Shown here piece after piece: positions 8,684 through 17,356 of a stretch of DNA of 56,874 bases. The translations under genes and the position numbers were made by a program. Below the pieces are notes generated by a model. It saw only the letters and a program-made list of their open reading frames with translations. It made no database searches and was not told the origin of the DNA. Origin of the DNA: a virus (taxonomy: Duplodnaviria > Caudoviricetes). The stretch is taken from positions 1 to 56,874 of the IMG/VR virus record IMGVR_UViG_3300049491_000539, one strand, 5' to 3'. Position 1 is the stretch's first letter; every line of letters begins with the position of its first letter.

Positions 8684-10191
8684 GTCAGTTAGAGATCAAA
8701 AACCGTAAGTCACTTCGCAGAATTCAAAATTGGGGCGCTGAAAAGATTTACGATCAAGATATTGTCATCCTAGCTTGGGATATGGGTGCGGGAAAGACGG
8801 TTACAGTCCTCACGGCTTTGAGGGATTTGTTGGATGACTACAAAATCAACAAAGTGCTGATTGTCGCCCCGTTGTTGGTAGCCAAGGCAACATGGCCTGA
8901 CGAGATAGAGGAATGGCGTCACACACGCGTTCTCGACTACACGCTAATCCGATCTGAGGACGACGATGAAGATAATATAAGATGCTTTGAAGCCGTTAAG
9001 TCGTTCGTCAGATTTACGGGATTTCCGGCTACAGCTGCTGGCGTTATAGCCAAGCAAACGCTTACGCAGCATCGCGACAAAAAGCGCCGAGCAATGGCAA
9101 ACGATGACTCAGAGATTCACATCCTGAACAAAGAAGCTCTAGCTTGGTTGTGGGAGCACTTCAAAGAAGGAAAGACTTGGCCCTATGACATGATTGTGAT
9201 CGACGAAGCCAGCATGTTGAAAAATGCCAAACGCAGAACAAAAACCAAAGGGATAACGCGGTTCGGAGTTCTAGCCAAGGCCAGAAAATATGCAAAACGA
9301 GCAGTGCTCATGACAGGCACACCGGCTCCGAAGGGTCTGCAAAATCTTTGGGGCTTGGCCTACATCGCGGATTTGGGAGATCGATTGGGAAGCAGCAAGC
9401 ATCACTTTGAGCAGCGGTGGTTTGAGAAGGACTATATGGGTTACAATCTCACACCTAGGCCGCACGCGCACGATGAGATCATGGGGCGTCTTAAGGACAT
9501 TATGTTCAGCCTCGCGCCAGAGGACTACGCCGAGCTTCCAGGTGTTGTGACCAACAAGATTGAAGTCGAGCTACCGCCACGGGTGATGGGTGAATATCGG
9601 AAATTTGAAAGGACGTTGGTTTCTCAAATTTATGACGTTGAGGCAGTCAGCCGAGGCGTTCTCACGAACAAACTTTTGCAGTTTTCAAACGGCAGCATGT
9701 ATCAGGAGGACGGAAAAGACGTTTGGATTCACGACGAGAAGCTGGCAGCCCTCGAAGCGATTTCAGACGAAGCGATGGGTGATCCAATGCTCATCGCCTA
9801 TAGTTTCAAATTCGATTTAGCGAGAATATTGAAGAGATTTCCGAAGGCAGAAATTTTCGGTCGTGGCGACGTTCGAAGAATGAAGCAGCGTTGGAACGAC
9901 GGTTATATTACTCACATGATCGCTCACCCTGACTCAATTGGTCACGGTCAGAACGTTCAATTTGGTGGAAATATCTCTGTCTGGTATGGTCTCACTCATG
10001 ATCTGGAACTATATTTGCAGTTCAACAAGCGCTTAGATCGACCCGGGCAAACAAGAGTGGTTTTCAATCATCACATCATTGCCAAAGACACACATGATGA
10101 AGACATTTTGCCGCTTTTGTCGGGGAGAAAAGTAACTCAAGACGCCGTTCTCGAGTCGACCGTCGTTAGGCTCGGTAGAATCAGGAATTAA
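8680..10191 (+). CDS. SNF2-family helicase
   Basis: DMGAGKT, VAPLLVA, VIDEAS, MTGTP, GHGQN, RLDRPGQ. Confidence 0.92.
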   Translation: MSQLEIKNRKSLRRIQNWGAEKIYDQDIVILAWDMGAGKTVTVLTALRDLLDDYKINKVLIVAPLLVAKATWPDEIEEWRHTRVLDYTLIRSEDDDEDNIRCFEAVKSFVRFTGFPATAAGVIAKQTLTQHRDKKRRAMANDDSEIHILNKEALAWLWEHFKEGKTWPYDMIVIDEASMLKNAKRRTKTKGITRFGVLAKARKYAKRAVLMTGTPAPKGLQNLWGLAYIADLGDRLGSSKHHFEQRWFEKDYMGYNLTPRPHAHDEIMGRLKDIMFSLAPEDYAELPGVVTNKIEVELPPRVMGEYRKFERTLVSQIYDVEAVSRGVLTNKLLQFSNGSMYQEDGKDVWIHDEKLAALEAISDEAMGDPMLIAYSFKFDLARILKRFPKAEIFGRGDVRRMKQRWNDGYITHMIAHPDSIGHGQNVQFGGNISVWYGLTHDLELYLQFNKRLDRPGQTRVVFNHHIIAKDTHDEDILPLLSGRKVTQDAVLESTVVRLGRIRN

Positions 10192-10259
10192 CCAACCTAT
10201 TGACGCGGATACCTTTCATGGTTAAATGTCAACTTAATGTTGATATTTTAGAGGGTAAA

Positions 10260-10955
10260 ATGCTCGATAATCCCCGAAAAATTTTGGATAAGGAATTTGC
10301 CAAACGCTTGAATATGGCATGTGACAGCAACCCACATTGTCCGCCACTTCACCAAGGCAGACTAACTTGGCTTCGGAACGAGTTAAAGAGGCAGATAGGC
10401 TCAAAAGTCAGCGTCTCGATCGAGACGGTTCGAAAGTGGTTTTCAGGCGATTCAAAACCACGAACTGACAAGCTCAGACACATTGCACAGTTGTTAAAGA
10501 TTGACGAAGCTTGGTTGTCGCTCGGCACTATTCCTGAGCTTGAACTTGAGGAAAAGAAGGCCCGCGCTTTTTCAGTTGATGGAGCGGTCAGCGTCGTCAT
10601 AGGCGTGCTACAAATGAACGGTGCAAATTGTGCAGTCCCAGAAACGGATCACACCACCGATCTCCACATGATATACAAGGGAAAGCACCGCTCGTTGATA
10701 GTGTCGTTGGGGCGGCAGGTGGAGGGAAAATTCAAATTTTCAGTCAAAAATGACTATTTCATGAGTGCCGTAATAGCGGTGGTTCAGTTAGGTTTCAGCA
10801 AGTTTGATCTTTATATTTTACCAACAGAAATGATCCGATCTGCGGGACGGCCAAAGGGTGGGTATATTGAGGTTCTGGCAGAGAAGTCGGGGCAGGATTT
10901 TAAGGTTGGCGATCAAACTCTGATTAAGTTGAAGTCTCCCACTCAAATAGCGTGA
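10260..10955 (+). CDS. XRE-family transcriptional repressor (putative CI)
   Basis: FAKRLNMAC...VSIETVRKWFSGDSKPR...IAQLLKIDEAWLSLG HTH; ATG 10260 after GAGGG; operator palindrome at 10229-10243 upstream. Confidence 0.75.
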   Translation: MLDNPRKILDKEFAKRLNMACDSNPHCPPLHQGRLTWLRNELKRQIGSKVSVSIETVRKWFSGDSKPRTDKLRHIAQLLKIDEAWLSLGTIPELELEEKKARAFSVDGAVSVVIGVLQMNGANCAVPETDHTTDLHMIYKGKHRSLIVSLGRQVEGKFKFSVKNDYFMSAVIAVVQLGFSKFDLYILPTEMIRSAGRPKGGYIEVLAEKSGQDFKVGDQTLIKLKSPTQIA

Positions 10956-11022
10956 TTTGTCATCTTTTAGTTGATTAAATTTCACCCATGTGGCAGTTCT
11001 CCATATTCAGTGGAGAACGATC

Positions 11023-12534
11023 TTGGTTGTCACTTATGGATCAGTTTGTAGCGGTATAGAAAGCGCGTCCATAGCTTGGGAACCTCTCGGCTGGCAACCA
11101 CTATGGTTCTCCGAAATCGAGCCATTCCCTTGCGCAGTTCTCAAACAACATTGGCCCGATGTCGTCAATTTGGGAGATATGCGACTTCTGCCGAAGCTTG
11201 TCTTGAATGGTGAAATTGACGCTCCTGATATTCTTGTCGGCGGCACACCGTGCCAAGGATTTTCCGTTGCCGGCCGGCGTGGTGGTTTGAAAGACCCACG
11301 TGGTCAACTGACGTTATCTTATGTGGAGTTGGCAGATGCAATTGACCAAAAGCGAGAACAGCGCGGGGACGAGCCTTGTGTTATTGTCTGGGAGAATGTC
11401 CCGGGCGTTTTCAGTGATAAAGGAAACGCCTTTGGCCACTTCCTTGCGTCCCTTGTCGGCGAAATCGTCGCGCTGGAACCACCAGGGGGAAGATGGTCAA
11501 ACGTTGGTTATGTGTCTGGACCCAAGAGATCAGCGGCGTGGATCGTCAAGGATGCCCAATATTTCGGAGTGGCCCAACGACGCCGCCGTGTGTTCGTTGT
11601 CGCAAGTGCTCGTGAGGGGTTCAACCCCGAAGAAGTATTGTTTGAGTTCGACGGCAGCCGTAGGGACGATGCACCGGAACGAACGCCGTGGCGCGAAGAT
11701 GCCAGCACAATTGAAGGAAGCGTTGATGGAAGTGGCGGGACCATTGTGGCAGCAAGAATGGTCGGCTTTGGCGGTTATGTGGAAGACGATATTGCTTCAA
11801 CATTGAAGTCACGAGATTACAAAGACGTCACAGACCTCATCGCATTCAACCAGTCTGGTTTTGCGCATTTTGTAGAGTCAGATGTCTGCTCCCCGATCCG
11901 ATCAGGTAACGCAAATGGAGACGGTGACGCGAGGTCGAGCACGCTATTGGCAATAGCCATTCAGGAGCGTGCCAGCAGCACGAATATGAGCGCTGGGCCG
12001 CAGGGGAAAGGTTGGCAGGAGGATGTGAGCTACACGCTGGAATCCCGTCACTCGGTGCAGTCTGTAGCCTATGCTTTTAGGGATGAAATGACACCCAAGT
12101 TCTCTTACGAGGTCACACCAACTTTGTTGACGACAAGTCCAACAGGCGGCGGTCATCCGATGCCAGTAGCCTTCAATTCACGAGAAGACACAGTTGTCTA
12201 TGGTGATGTGTCAGGGACGCTCGCGTCATCGAGTCCTCAAGCTCAGACGATTTATTTTGAGGGCGCTGGAAAATGGATAGTGCGCCGACTGATGCCTATT
12301 GAATGCGAGCGCCTCCAAGGATTTTCCGATCTACACACGTTAGTTTCATTTAAGGGGAAACTTGCTTTAGATAGTCCCCGCTATAAAGCGATTGGAAACA
12401 GCAAGGCTGTGCCGGTCGTTAGGTGGATTGGCCGTCGGATTCAACGAATGATGAGACAACTTGAGACAATAAAATACGGGAAACCGCCGTTTGAGATTTT
12501 ATTTGAAAAATTGACTGACGTTGAAAGTTTTTGA
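11023..12534 (+). CDS. C5 cytosine DNA methyltransferase (alpha chain) with a long repetitive variable region
   Basis: SVCSGI, GGTPCQGFS, ENVPG, QRRRRVF, RRLMPIECERLQGF, YKAIGNS; TTG start after GGAGA. Confidence 0.92.
   Translation: MVVTYGSVCSGIESASIAWEPLGWQPLWFSEIEPFPCAVLKQHWPDVVNLGDMRLLPKLVLNGEIDAPDILVGGTPCQGFSVAGRRGGLKDPRGQLTLSYVELADAIDQKREQRGDEPCVIVWENVPGVFSDKGNAFGHFLASLVGEIVALEPPGGRWSNVGYVSGPKRSAAWIVKDAQYFGVAQRRRRVFVVASAREGFNPEEVLFEFDGSRRDDAPERTPWREDASTIEGSVDGSGGTIVAARMVGFGGYVEDDIASTLKSRDYKDVTDLIAFNQSGFAHFVESDVCSPIRSGNANGDGDARSSTLLAIAIQERASSTNMSAGPQGKGWQEDVSYTLESRHSVQSVAYAFRDEMTPKFSYEVTPTLLTTSPTGGGHPMPVAFNSREDTVVYGDVSGTLASSSPQAQTIYFEGAGKWIVRRLMPIECERLQGFSDLHTLVSFKGKLALDSPRYKAIGNSKAVPVVRWIGRRIQRMMRQLETIKYGKPPFEILFEKLTDVESF
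11336..11806 (+). CDS. Alternative-frame ORF inside the MTase; putative M.EcoHK31I-type beta polypeptide
   Basis: Open +1 frame with GGAG RBS (11325) and ATG 11336; contains NISEWPNDAAVCSLSQVL...KYCLS...RRGAKMPAQLKEAL. Confidence 0.65.
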   Translation: MQLTKSENSAGTSLVLLSGRMSRAFSVIKETPLATSLRPLSAKSSRWNHQGEDGQTLVMCLDPRDQRRGSSRMPNISEWPNDAAVCSLSQVLVRGSTPKKYCLSSTAAVGTMHRNERRGAKMPAQLKEALMEVAGPLWQQEWSALAVMWKTILLQH

Positions 12535-12797
12535 CGGTATTTTTGACGGTATTTTACAAAATAATCAACTTTTCACAATAAAATCAATGCTTATGGTGAA
12601 TGTCGGGTGCGCCACCAAACTCAAACATGTTGTATCACTTTGTCCAAAACTAACAGAATTTAGTAATTTTTTCAGTGATTTCTCCTGATATTCAAACTAT
12701 TTTGTAAAGCCAGTTCCCATACTGTCTCATTGCGTCTCAGAAAATTTACGGTATTGTTGGCGGTATCAGAAAATATCAATCAAAGTGATACCGTCAT
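12528..12797. mobile_element. attP region: integrase arm-type repeats flanking a core that resembles a tRNA 3' end
   Basis: TTTTGACGGTAT tandem at 12529-12552, TTTACGGTAT/TTGGCGGTAT at about 12745-12766, inverted ATACCGTCA at about 12789-12797; core TGTCGGGTGCGCCA at 12601-12614. Confidence 0.8.
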
Positions 12798-13982
12798 ATG
12801 GCCTTAAATGACTTGCAGATTCGAAACATCAAACCGACTGGTAAACAGTTCAAGGTTCATGACGAGCGCGGGCTTTTTCTACGAATCAAACCCAATGGCT
12901 CCAAACTTTGGCAGATGGACTATCGATTTGCCGGTCTTCGAAAGACCATTTCATTCGGCGCATACCCGGAGCGAACGTTGGCTGAGGCCCGTGAAAAACG
13001 AGATCAGGCCCGCAAGCTAATCACCAACGACGTTGACCCTTTAGAACATAAAAAATCCAGCCGAGTTACCGTCGAAATGGGTGAAACTTTTGGCGATATT
13101 GCTGTTGAATATTTAGCTCAATGTGAGCGCGATCTGTCGCCAATAACCTACTTCAAATATGATTGGCTTCTTCGAAAATTGGCGAAGGCTCTGTGGAAAA
13201 TTCCTATTGATGAAGTAACTTCAAAAGACATTCTTGGCATACTTTTGGCGGTGGAAAATTCCGGTCGCAGGGATACGGCAATCACGTTGCGCTCAAGAAT
13301 TGGAGGTGTCTTCCGTTTCGCCATAGCGCGTCAGAGAGCCAAGTTTGATCCAACACAAGCGATTAAAAATGCTCTCAGGCCACCCAAGGTGAAGCACAGG
13401 GCTGCGCTTGTGGAAAGACGACCATTTGGCGGCTTACTAAGGTGTATAGACGAGTATGACGGTTGGCCGACATTGCGTCACGCTCTCAGGTTTGAAGCGC
13501 TTACTTTCCCTCGACCTGTTGAATTACGCAAGGCTGAATGGGTCGAATTCGACCTTGGTAATAAGGTCTGGCACATCCCGGAAGAGCGGATGAAGGTGCG
13601 TCGACCACACGATGTGCCTTTGTCTCGACAAGCCATTGACGTTCTATTGAATGTCAAGATCATCAGTGGCGCGGGTAGATTGGTGTTTCCGTCAATACGA
13701 TCAGCTGACAAAATACTTTCTGAAAACGCGCTTAACTCTGCTCTTCGCCGAATGGGGTTCACCAAGGATGAAGCCACGGCGCATGGGTTCAGGTCGAGCG
13801 CGAGCACCATATTAAATCAAGCTGGCTACCGCAGTGAAGTCATAGAAATGCAGCTTGCACATATCGACCACAACGAAGTCAGGCGATCCTATAACCGTGC
13901 TCAATATTGGCCTGAGCGGGTGAAGATGATGCAGAGTTGGGCCGATCTCATTGATGAAATGAAAAAGCCAACCGCCGATTAA
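12798..13982 (+). CDS. int: P4-type tyrosine integrase
   Basis: Arm-binding domain GLFLRI.PNGSKLW...YRF.G...FGAYP..TLAEAR; catalytic R (PRPVELR), K (ERMK), HGFR, QLAH, YNRAQY. Confidence 0.95.
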   Translation: MALNDLQIRNIKPTGKQFKVHDERGLFLRIKPNGSKLWQMDYRFAGLRKTISFGAYPERTLAEAREKRDQARKLITNDVDPLEHKKSSRVTVEMGETFGDIAVEYLAQCERDLSPITYFKYDWLLRKLAKALWKIPIDEVTSKDILGILLAVENSGRRDTAITLRSRIGGVFRFAIARQRAKFDPTQAIKNALRPPKVKHRAALVERRPFGGLLRCIDEYDGWPTLRHALRFEALTFPRPVELRKAEWVEFDLGNKVWHIPEERMKVRRPHDVPLSRQAIDVLLNVKIISGAGRLVFPSIRSADKILSENALNSALRRMGFTKDEATAHGFRSSASTILNQAGYRSEVIEMQLAHIDHNEVRRSYNRAQYWPERVKMMQSWADLIDEMKKPTAD

Positions 13983-14005
13983 AGCGATTGGCATTGCAGA
14001 GGAGG

Positions 14006-14029
14006 AATGCTCATTTCGGGAGCATTTTT
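14006..14029 (+). terminator. Putative terminator after int
   Basis: AATGCTC-loop-GAGCATT followed by T run. Confidence 0.5.
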
Positions 14030-14108
14030 AGATTTTATCATTTCGACTTGATTGTCAACTAAAAAGTGAGTAATCAACCAATGAGACAATATGATATGGA
14101 TTTAGACG

Positions 14109-14354
14109 ATGCCAGTTTCTGTTGATGAAGACATAGTTCTGTTGAGCGTTCCAGACACACTAGCGCTTCTGCCGTTCCGCAGACCCACCCTTTATCGAAA
14201 AATTAGGTCAGGTGAGTTTCCTCAGCCAGGTAGGTTTGGGGGACGTGTCTTTTTCTCAAAGAAGGAAGTTCAGGACTACATTCGCCGAGTCTTCAATAAT
14301 CGACCGAGCCGATCCGCAAAGATCATGGCTGACAACGAAGACCTGTTTGGTTGA
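14109..14354 (+). CDS. AlpA-family excisionase / recombination directionality factor
   Basis: RPTLYRKIRSGEFPQP..FGGRVFF...EV; adjacent to the integrase. Confidence 0.85.
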   Translation: MPVSVDEDIVLLSVPDTLALLPFRRPTLYRKIRSGEFPQPGRFGGRVFFSKKEVQDYIRRVFNNRPSRSAKIMADNEDLFG

Positions 14355-14355
14355 T

Positions 14356-14967
14356 ATGGTGAAGCGTGAATTTGATGACATGGAAGATTACACGTTGCGC
14401 ACCGCTGAGGTTCACTCGGTCGTTAGCGGTGTCACAATTCCTTGGTTGATGAAGGCGTTCCGAATGGGGCGCGGCACGATTGAGAAGAAGATGATTGGCT
14501 GTAAGTCAATTGGAACAGGCAAGCACAATACGCCAATCTACGATCTACCGGAAGCCGCTGCCTACCTTGTTACTCCGCGAATGGACGTTGAAAAATATTT
14601 GCAAGGAATCAAACCAGACCAGCTTCCTGAGCGCCTTCGTGAAAGTTACTGGAACGCGATGTTAAAGCGGCAGCGCTGGGAAGAGAAAGCACGCCACCTT
14701 TGGCGAGATGAGGACGTGTTGAATACCTTCTCAGAGATTTTCAAATTGGTGAGAACGTCGTTGCAGTTGCTGCCAGATCGAATTGACGAAGCCAACGGTA
14801 TTGATGAACCTCAGCGTTTGGCAATCACCTTAGCCATTGATGAAGTGCAAGATGAAATGCACCGTGAGATAGTGCGTCGAAGCACGCTCAAGACGACACC
14901 AAGCCAGATTTCAGAGGTCTCGGACGAAGACGCCGAACCCGAAGACGACGATGATATTTTCGGATGA
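14356..14967 (+). CDS. Terminase small subunit (DUF1441-like)
   Basis: GVTIPWL..AF.M, PIYDL.EAA.YLV.P, LP..L...YW.A..KRQ..E..A..LW; lies immediately before TerL. Confidence 0.85.
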   Translation: MVKREFDDMEDYTLRTAEVHSVVSGVTIPWLMKAFRMGRGTIEKKMIGCKSIGTGKHNTPIYDLPEAAAYLVTPRMDVEKYLQGIKPDQLPERLRESYWNAMLKRQRWEEKARHLWRDEDVLNTFSEIFKLVRTSLQLLPDRIDEANGIDEPQRLAITLAIDEVQDEMHREIVRRSTLKTTPSQISEVSDEDAEPEDDDDIFG

Positions 14968-17069
14968 CCATTCATTTTTCAAGCATAGAAGAAATGTTGT
15001 TCACGACGGCAGAAGCTGTCAGGCCACCAGAACGGCTGACCGTTTCTGAGGCTGCTGAGAAGTATCGCTACTTGAGAAACGAAGGTGCTTACATCGGCCC
15101 GTGGAAGAACGAAAAAGTTCCCTACATGGTCGAGCCTATGGACGTGCTCACCAGCACTGAATACACCGGCATGATTTATTGTGGACCTGCTCAGTCTGCA
15201 AAGACTGACAGTCTGATTCTAAACTGGATAACCCACTCCGCCAAATGTGACCCAGCTGATATGATGGTCATTTTGCCGTCGAAAAGCGCGGCCCGTGACT
15301 TCTCTATGCGAAGAATGGATCGCCTATTCCGCCACTCTCCGGAAGTTGGTTTGATGCTTATGTCAGGCCAACAGAACCAAAACACCTTTGACATGCGATT
15401 CTTGAGCGGCTGGTTGCTCACTCTGTCATGGCCGACGATCAACGAGCTTTCCGGCAAGCCTATACCGCGACTGATTCTAACCGACTATGACCGCATGGAT
15501 GAGGACATTGGTGGGGAAGGTGACCCATACAGCCTTGCAGCCAAACGAGCCACAACCTTCAAGCGGTATGGAATGACTGCTGCTGAGTCTTCGCCGTCCT
15601 ATGAGGTTGAGAACCCGCGCTGGCTCAAGAAAACACCACACGAAGCGCCGCCGACGCGGGGCATACTGGCAAAATACAATCAGGGTGACCGCCGCCGTTA
15701 TTATTGGCGCTGTCCGAACCCGAAGTGCCGTCTAGCGTTTGAACCCGACTTCGATCTATTGAGCTACCCAAACTCGAAGGATCATCTTGAGGCCGCAGAA
15801 ATGGCGACGATGGATTGTCCTCATTGCAGTTTCAGTATGACGCATGAGGCAGGGCCAGGACAGGCGGGGAAGAGCGAACTTAACTGCCTAGGTAAGTGGA
15901 TCAAAGACGGGATGTTGTGGTTGCCTGATGGAACGGTCGCGGGAACGCCCTTTCGGTCTCAGATCGCTTCCTTCTGGCAAAAAGGCGTGACGGCTTCTTT
16001 CATGGACTGGAAGTCAATGGTTTTCAAATATCTCAAAGCAATTGAGGAATATGAGGCCACTGGCAGCTATCAGGCATGGAAGTCCACAGTAAACACAGAC
16101 CAAGCCCATCCATTCGTGTCTCCTTCCATGCAGGGCAACAGGCTGCCGGAAGACCTCAAGTCGCGTGCTCTTGATATTGGTGAGAAGGTTGTTCCCGAAG
16201 GCGTCAGGTTCTTGATTTCTACGGTGGACGTTCAAGGCGGCGCGAACGCTGGTGCGTTTATAGTTCAAGTTCACGGATTTGGTGAAGGCGGGGATGTCAC
16301 CATCATTGACCGGTTTTCCATTCGAAAGTCGACACGGTTGGATGAAGACGGGGAGCGCTATCTTCTATCGCCAGCCAGCTATGTTGAAGACTGGAAACTG
16401 TTGATTCCAGAAGTCATTGAGAAGACCTACCCGCTGGCGGACGGTTCTGGCCGGCATATGGCGATCAAAGCAGTTGGTAACGATCTTGGTGGCACTGATG
16501 GCGTCACGGCAAAAGCTTATGACTTCTGGCGTTGGCTTCGAGATCATCATCCAGGCGATCACCATCGCCGTTATCAGCTAATCAAGGGTGATCCGCTGGT
16601 TTCGTCTCCCCGCGCAAGAATCACTTATCCAGACACAGACAGAAAAGACCGCAGAGCGCTCGCACGCGGGGAAGTTCCGGTTTTGATGCTGAATTCAAAT
16701 TTGTTGAAGGACCAAATTTCAGCTATGCTCGGTCGAACCATCCCAGCGGGCGGCATGGTCAATTTTCCAAACTGGTTACAAGACAGTTTTTATACTGAGT
16801 TGACAGTGGAGTCGCGAACTCAAAAGGGATGGGAGAACCCTAAGCGCCTACGCAACGAATCATGGGATTTACTATATTATGCTGTGGGTGTTTCAATTTC
16901 TCGTCACGCACGCATAGAGCAGATTGACTGGAACTCACCGCCAGATTGGGCAAAACCATGGAATTCAAATTCTCTTGTGTTCCTGCCTGAGACATCAAAA
17001 CCGTTCGTTCCAGAGAAAAAACCATTCGATTTGTCGGCACTGTCGAAATTGGCGGAAGACCTTGCTTAA
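14964..17069 (+). CDS. Terminase large subunit, lambda GpA family (cos packaging)
   Basis: RPPERLTVSEAAEKYR, PAQSAKT, LTDYDR, ESSP, GDRRRYYWRCP, TVDVQ, RNESWDL. Confidence 0.95.
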   Translation: MTIHFSSIEEMLFTTAEAVRPPERLTVSEAAEKYRYLRNEGAYIGPWKNEKVPYMVEPMDVLTSTEYTGMIYCGPAQSAKTDSLILNWITHSAKCDPADMMVILPSKSAARDFSMRRMDRLFRHSPEVGLMLMSGQQNQNTFDMRFLSGWLLTLSWPTINELSGKPIPRLILTDYDRMDEDIGGEGDPYSLAAKRATTFKRYGMTAAESSPSYEVENPRWLKKTPHEAPPTRGILAKYNQGDRRRYYWRCPNPKCRLAFEPDFDLLSYPNSKDHLEAAEMATMDCPHCSFSMTHEAGPGQAGKSELNCLGKWIKDGMLWLPDGTVAGTPFRSQIASFWQKGVTASFMDWKSMVFKYLKAIEEYEATGSYQAWKSTVNTDQAHPFVSPSMQGNRLPEDLKSRALDIGEKVVPEGVRFLISTVDVQGGANAGAFIVQVHGFGEGGDVTIIDRFSIRKSTRLDEDGERYLLSPASYVEDWKLLIPEVIEKTYPLADGSGRHMAIKAVGNDLGGTDGVTAKAYDFWRWLRDHHPGDHHRRYQLIKGDPLVSSPRARITYPDTDRKDRRALARGEVPVLMLNSNLLKDQISAMLGRTIPAGGMVNFPNWLQDSFYTELTVESRTQKGWENPKRLRNESWDLLYYAVGVSISRHARIEQIDWNSPPDWAKPWNSNSLVFLPETSKPFVPEKKPFDLSALSKLAEDLA

Positions 17070-17073
17070 AATA

Positions 17074-17113
17074 TCCACTATTAATTGATTAACCAAAATA
17101 AACGTGATACCTC
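17074..17113 (+). promoter_or_regulatory. Putative late promoter (operator-like box plus AAACGTGAT)
   Basis: TCCACTATTAATTGA with GTGAT exactly 30 bp downstream, as at 23876 and 25426. Confidence 0.55.
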
Positions 17114-17146
17114 GCCTTGAGATGTAGCGGATCAGGGCATTAATTC

Positions 17147-17356
17147 GTGGCAACCCAAGCAGACCTGACGGCAGCCGAAACGGCCTATCGCAACCTGATG
17201 ACTGGTCAGGCGGTGAAGGTGCTTGTGGACCAAAACGGTGAGCGTGTTGAGTTCAAACCAGCCGACGCGTCAAAACTGGCTGCCTACATCTACGATCTCA
17301 AGTCACAATTGGGGATGGTGTTGGCAACCAGAGGCCCAATGAACGTGTGGCTCTGA
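17147..17356 (+). CDS. Head-tail joining protein (lambda gpW-like)
   Basis: AE.AYRNLMTG....LVDQNGERVEF..A....L..YI. Confidence 0.85.
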   Translation: MATQADLTAAETAYRNLMTGQAVKVLVDQNGERVEFKPADASKLAAYIYDLKSQLGMVLATRGPMNVWL

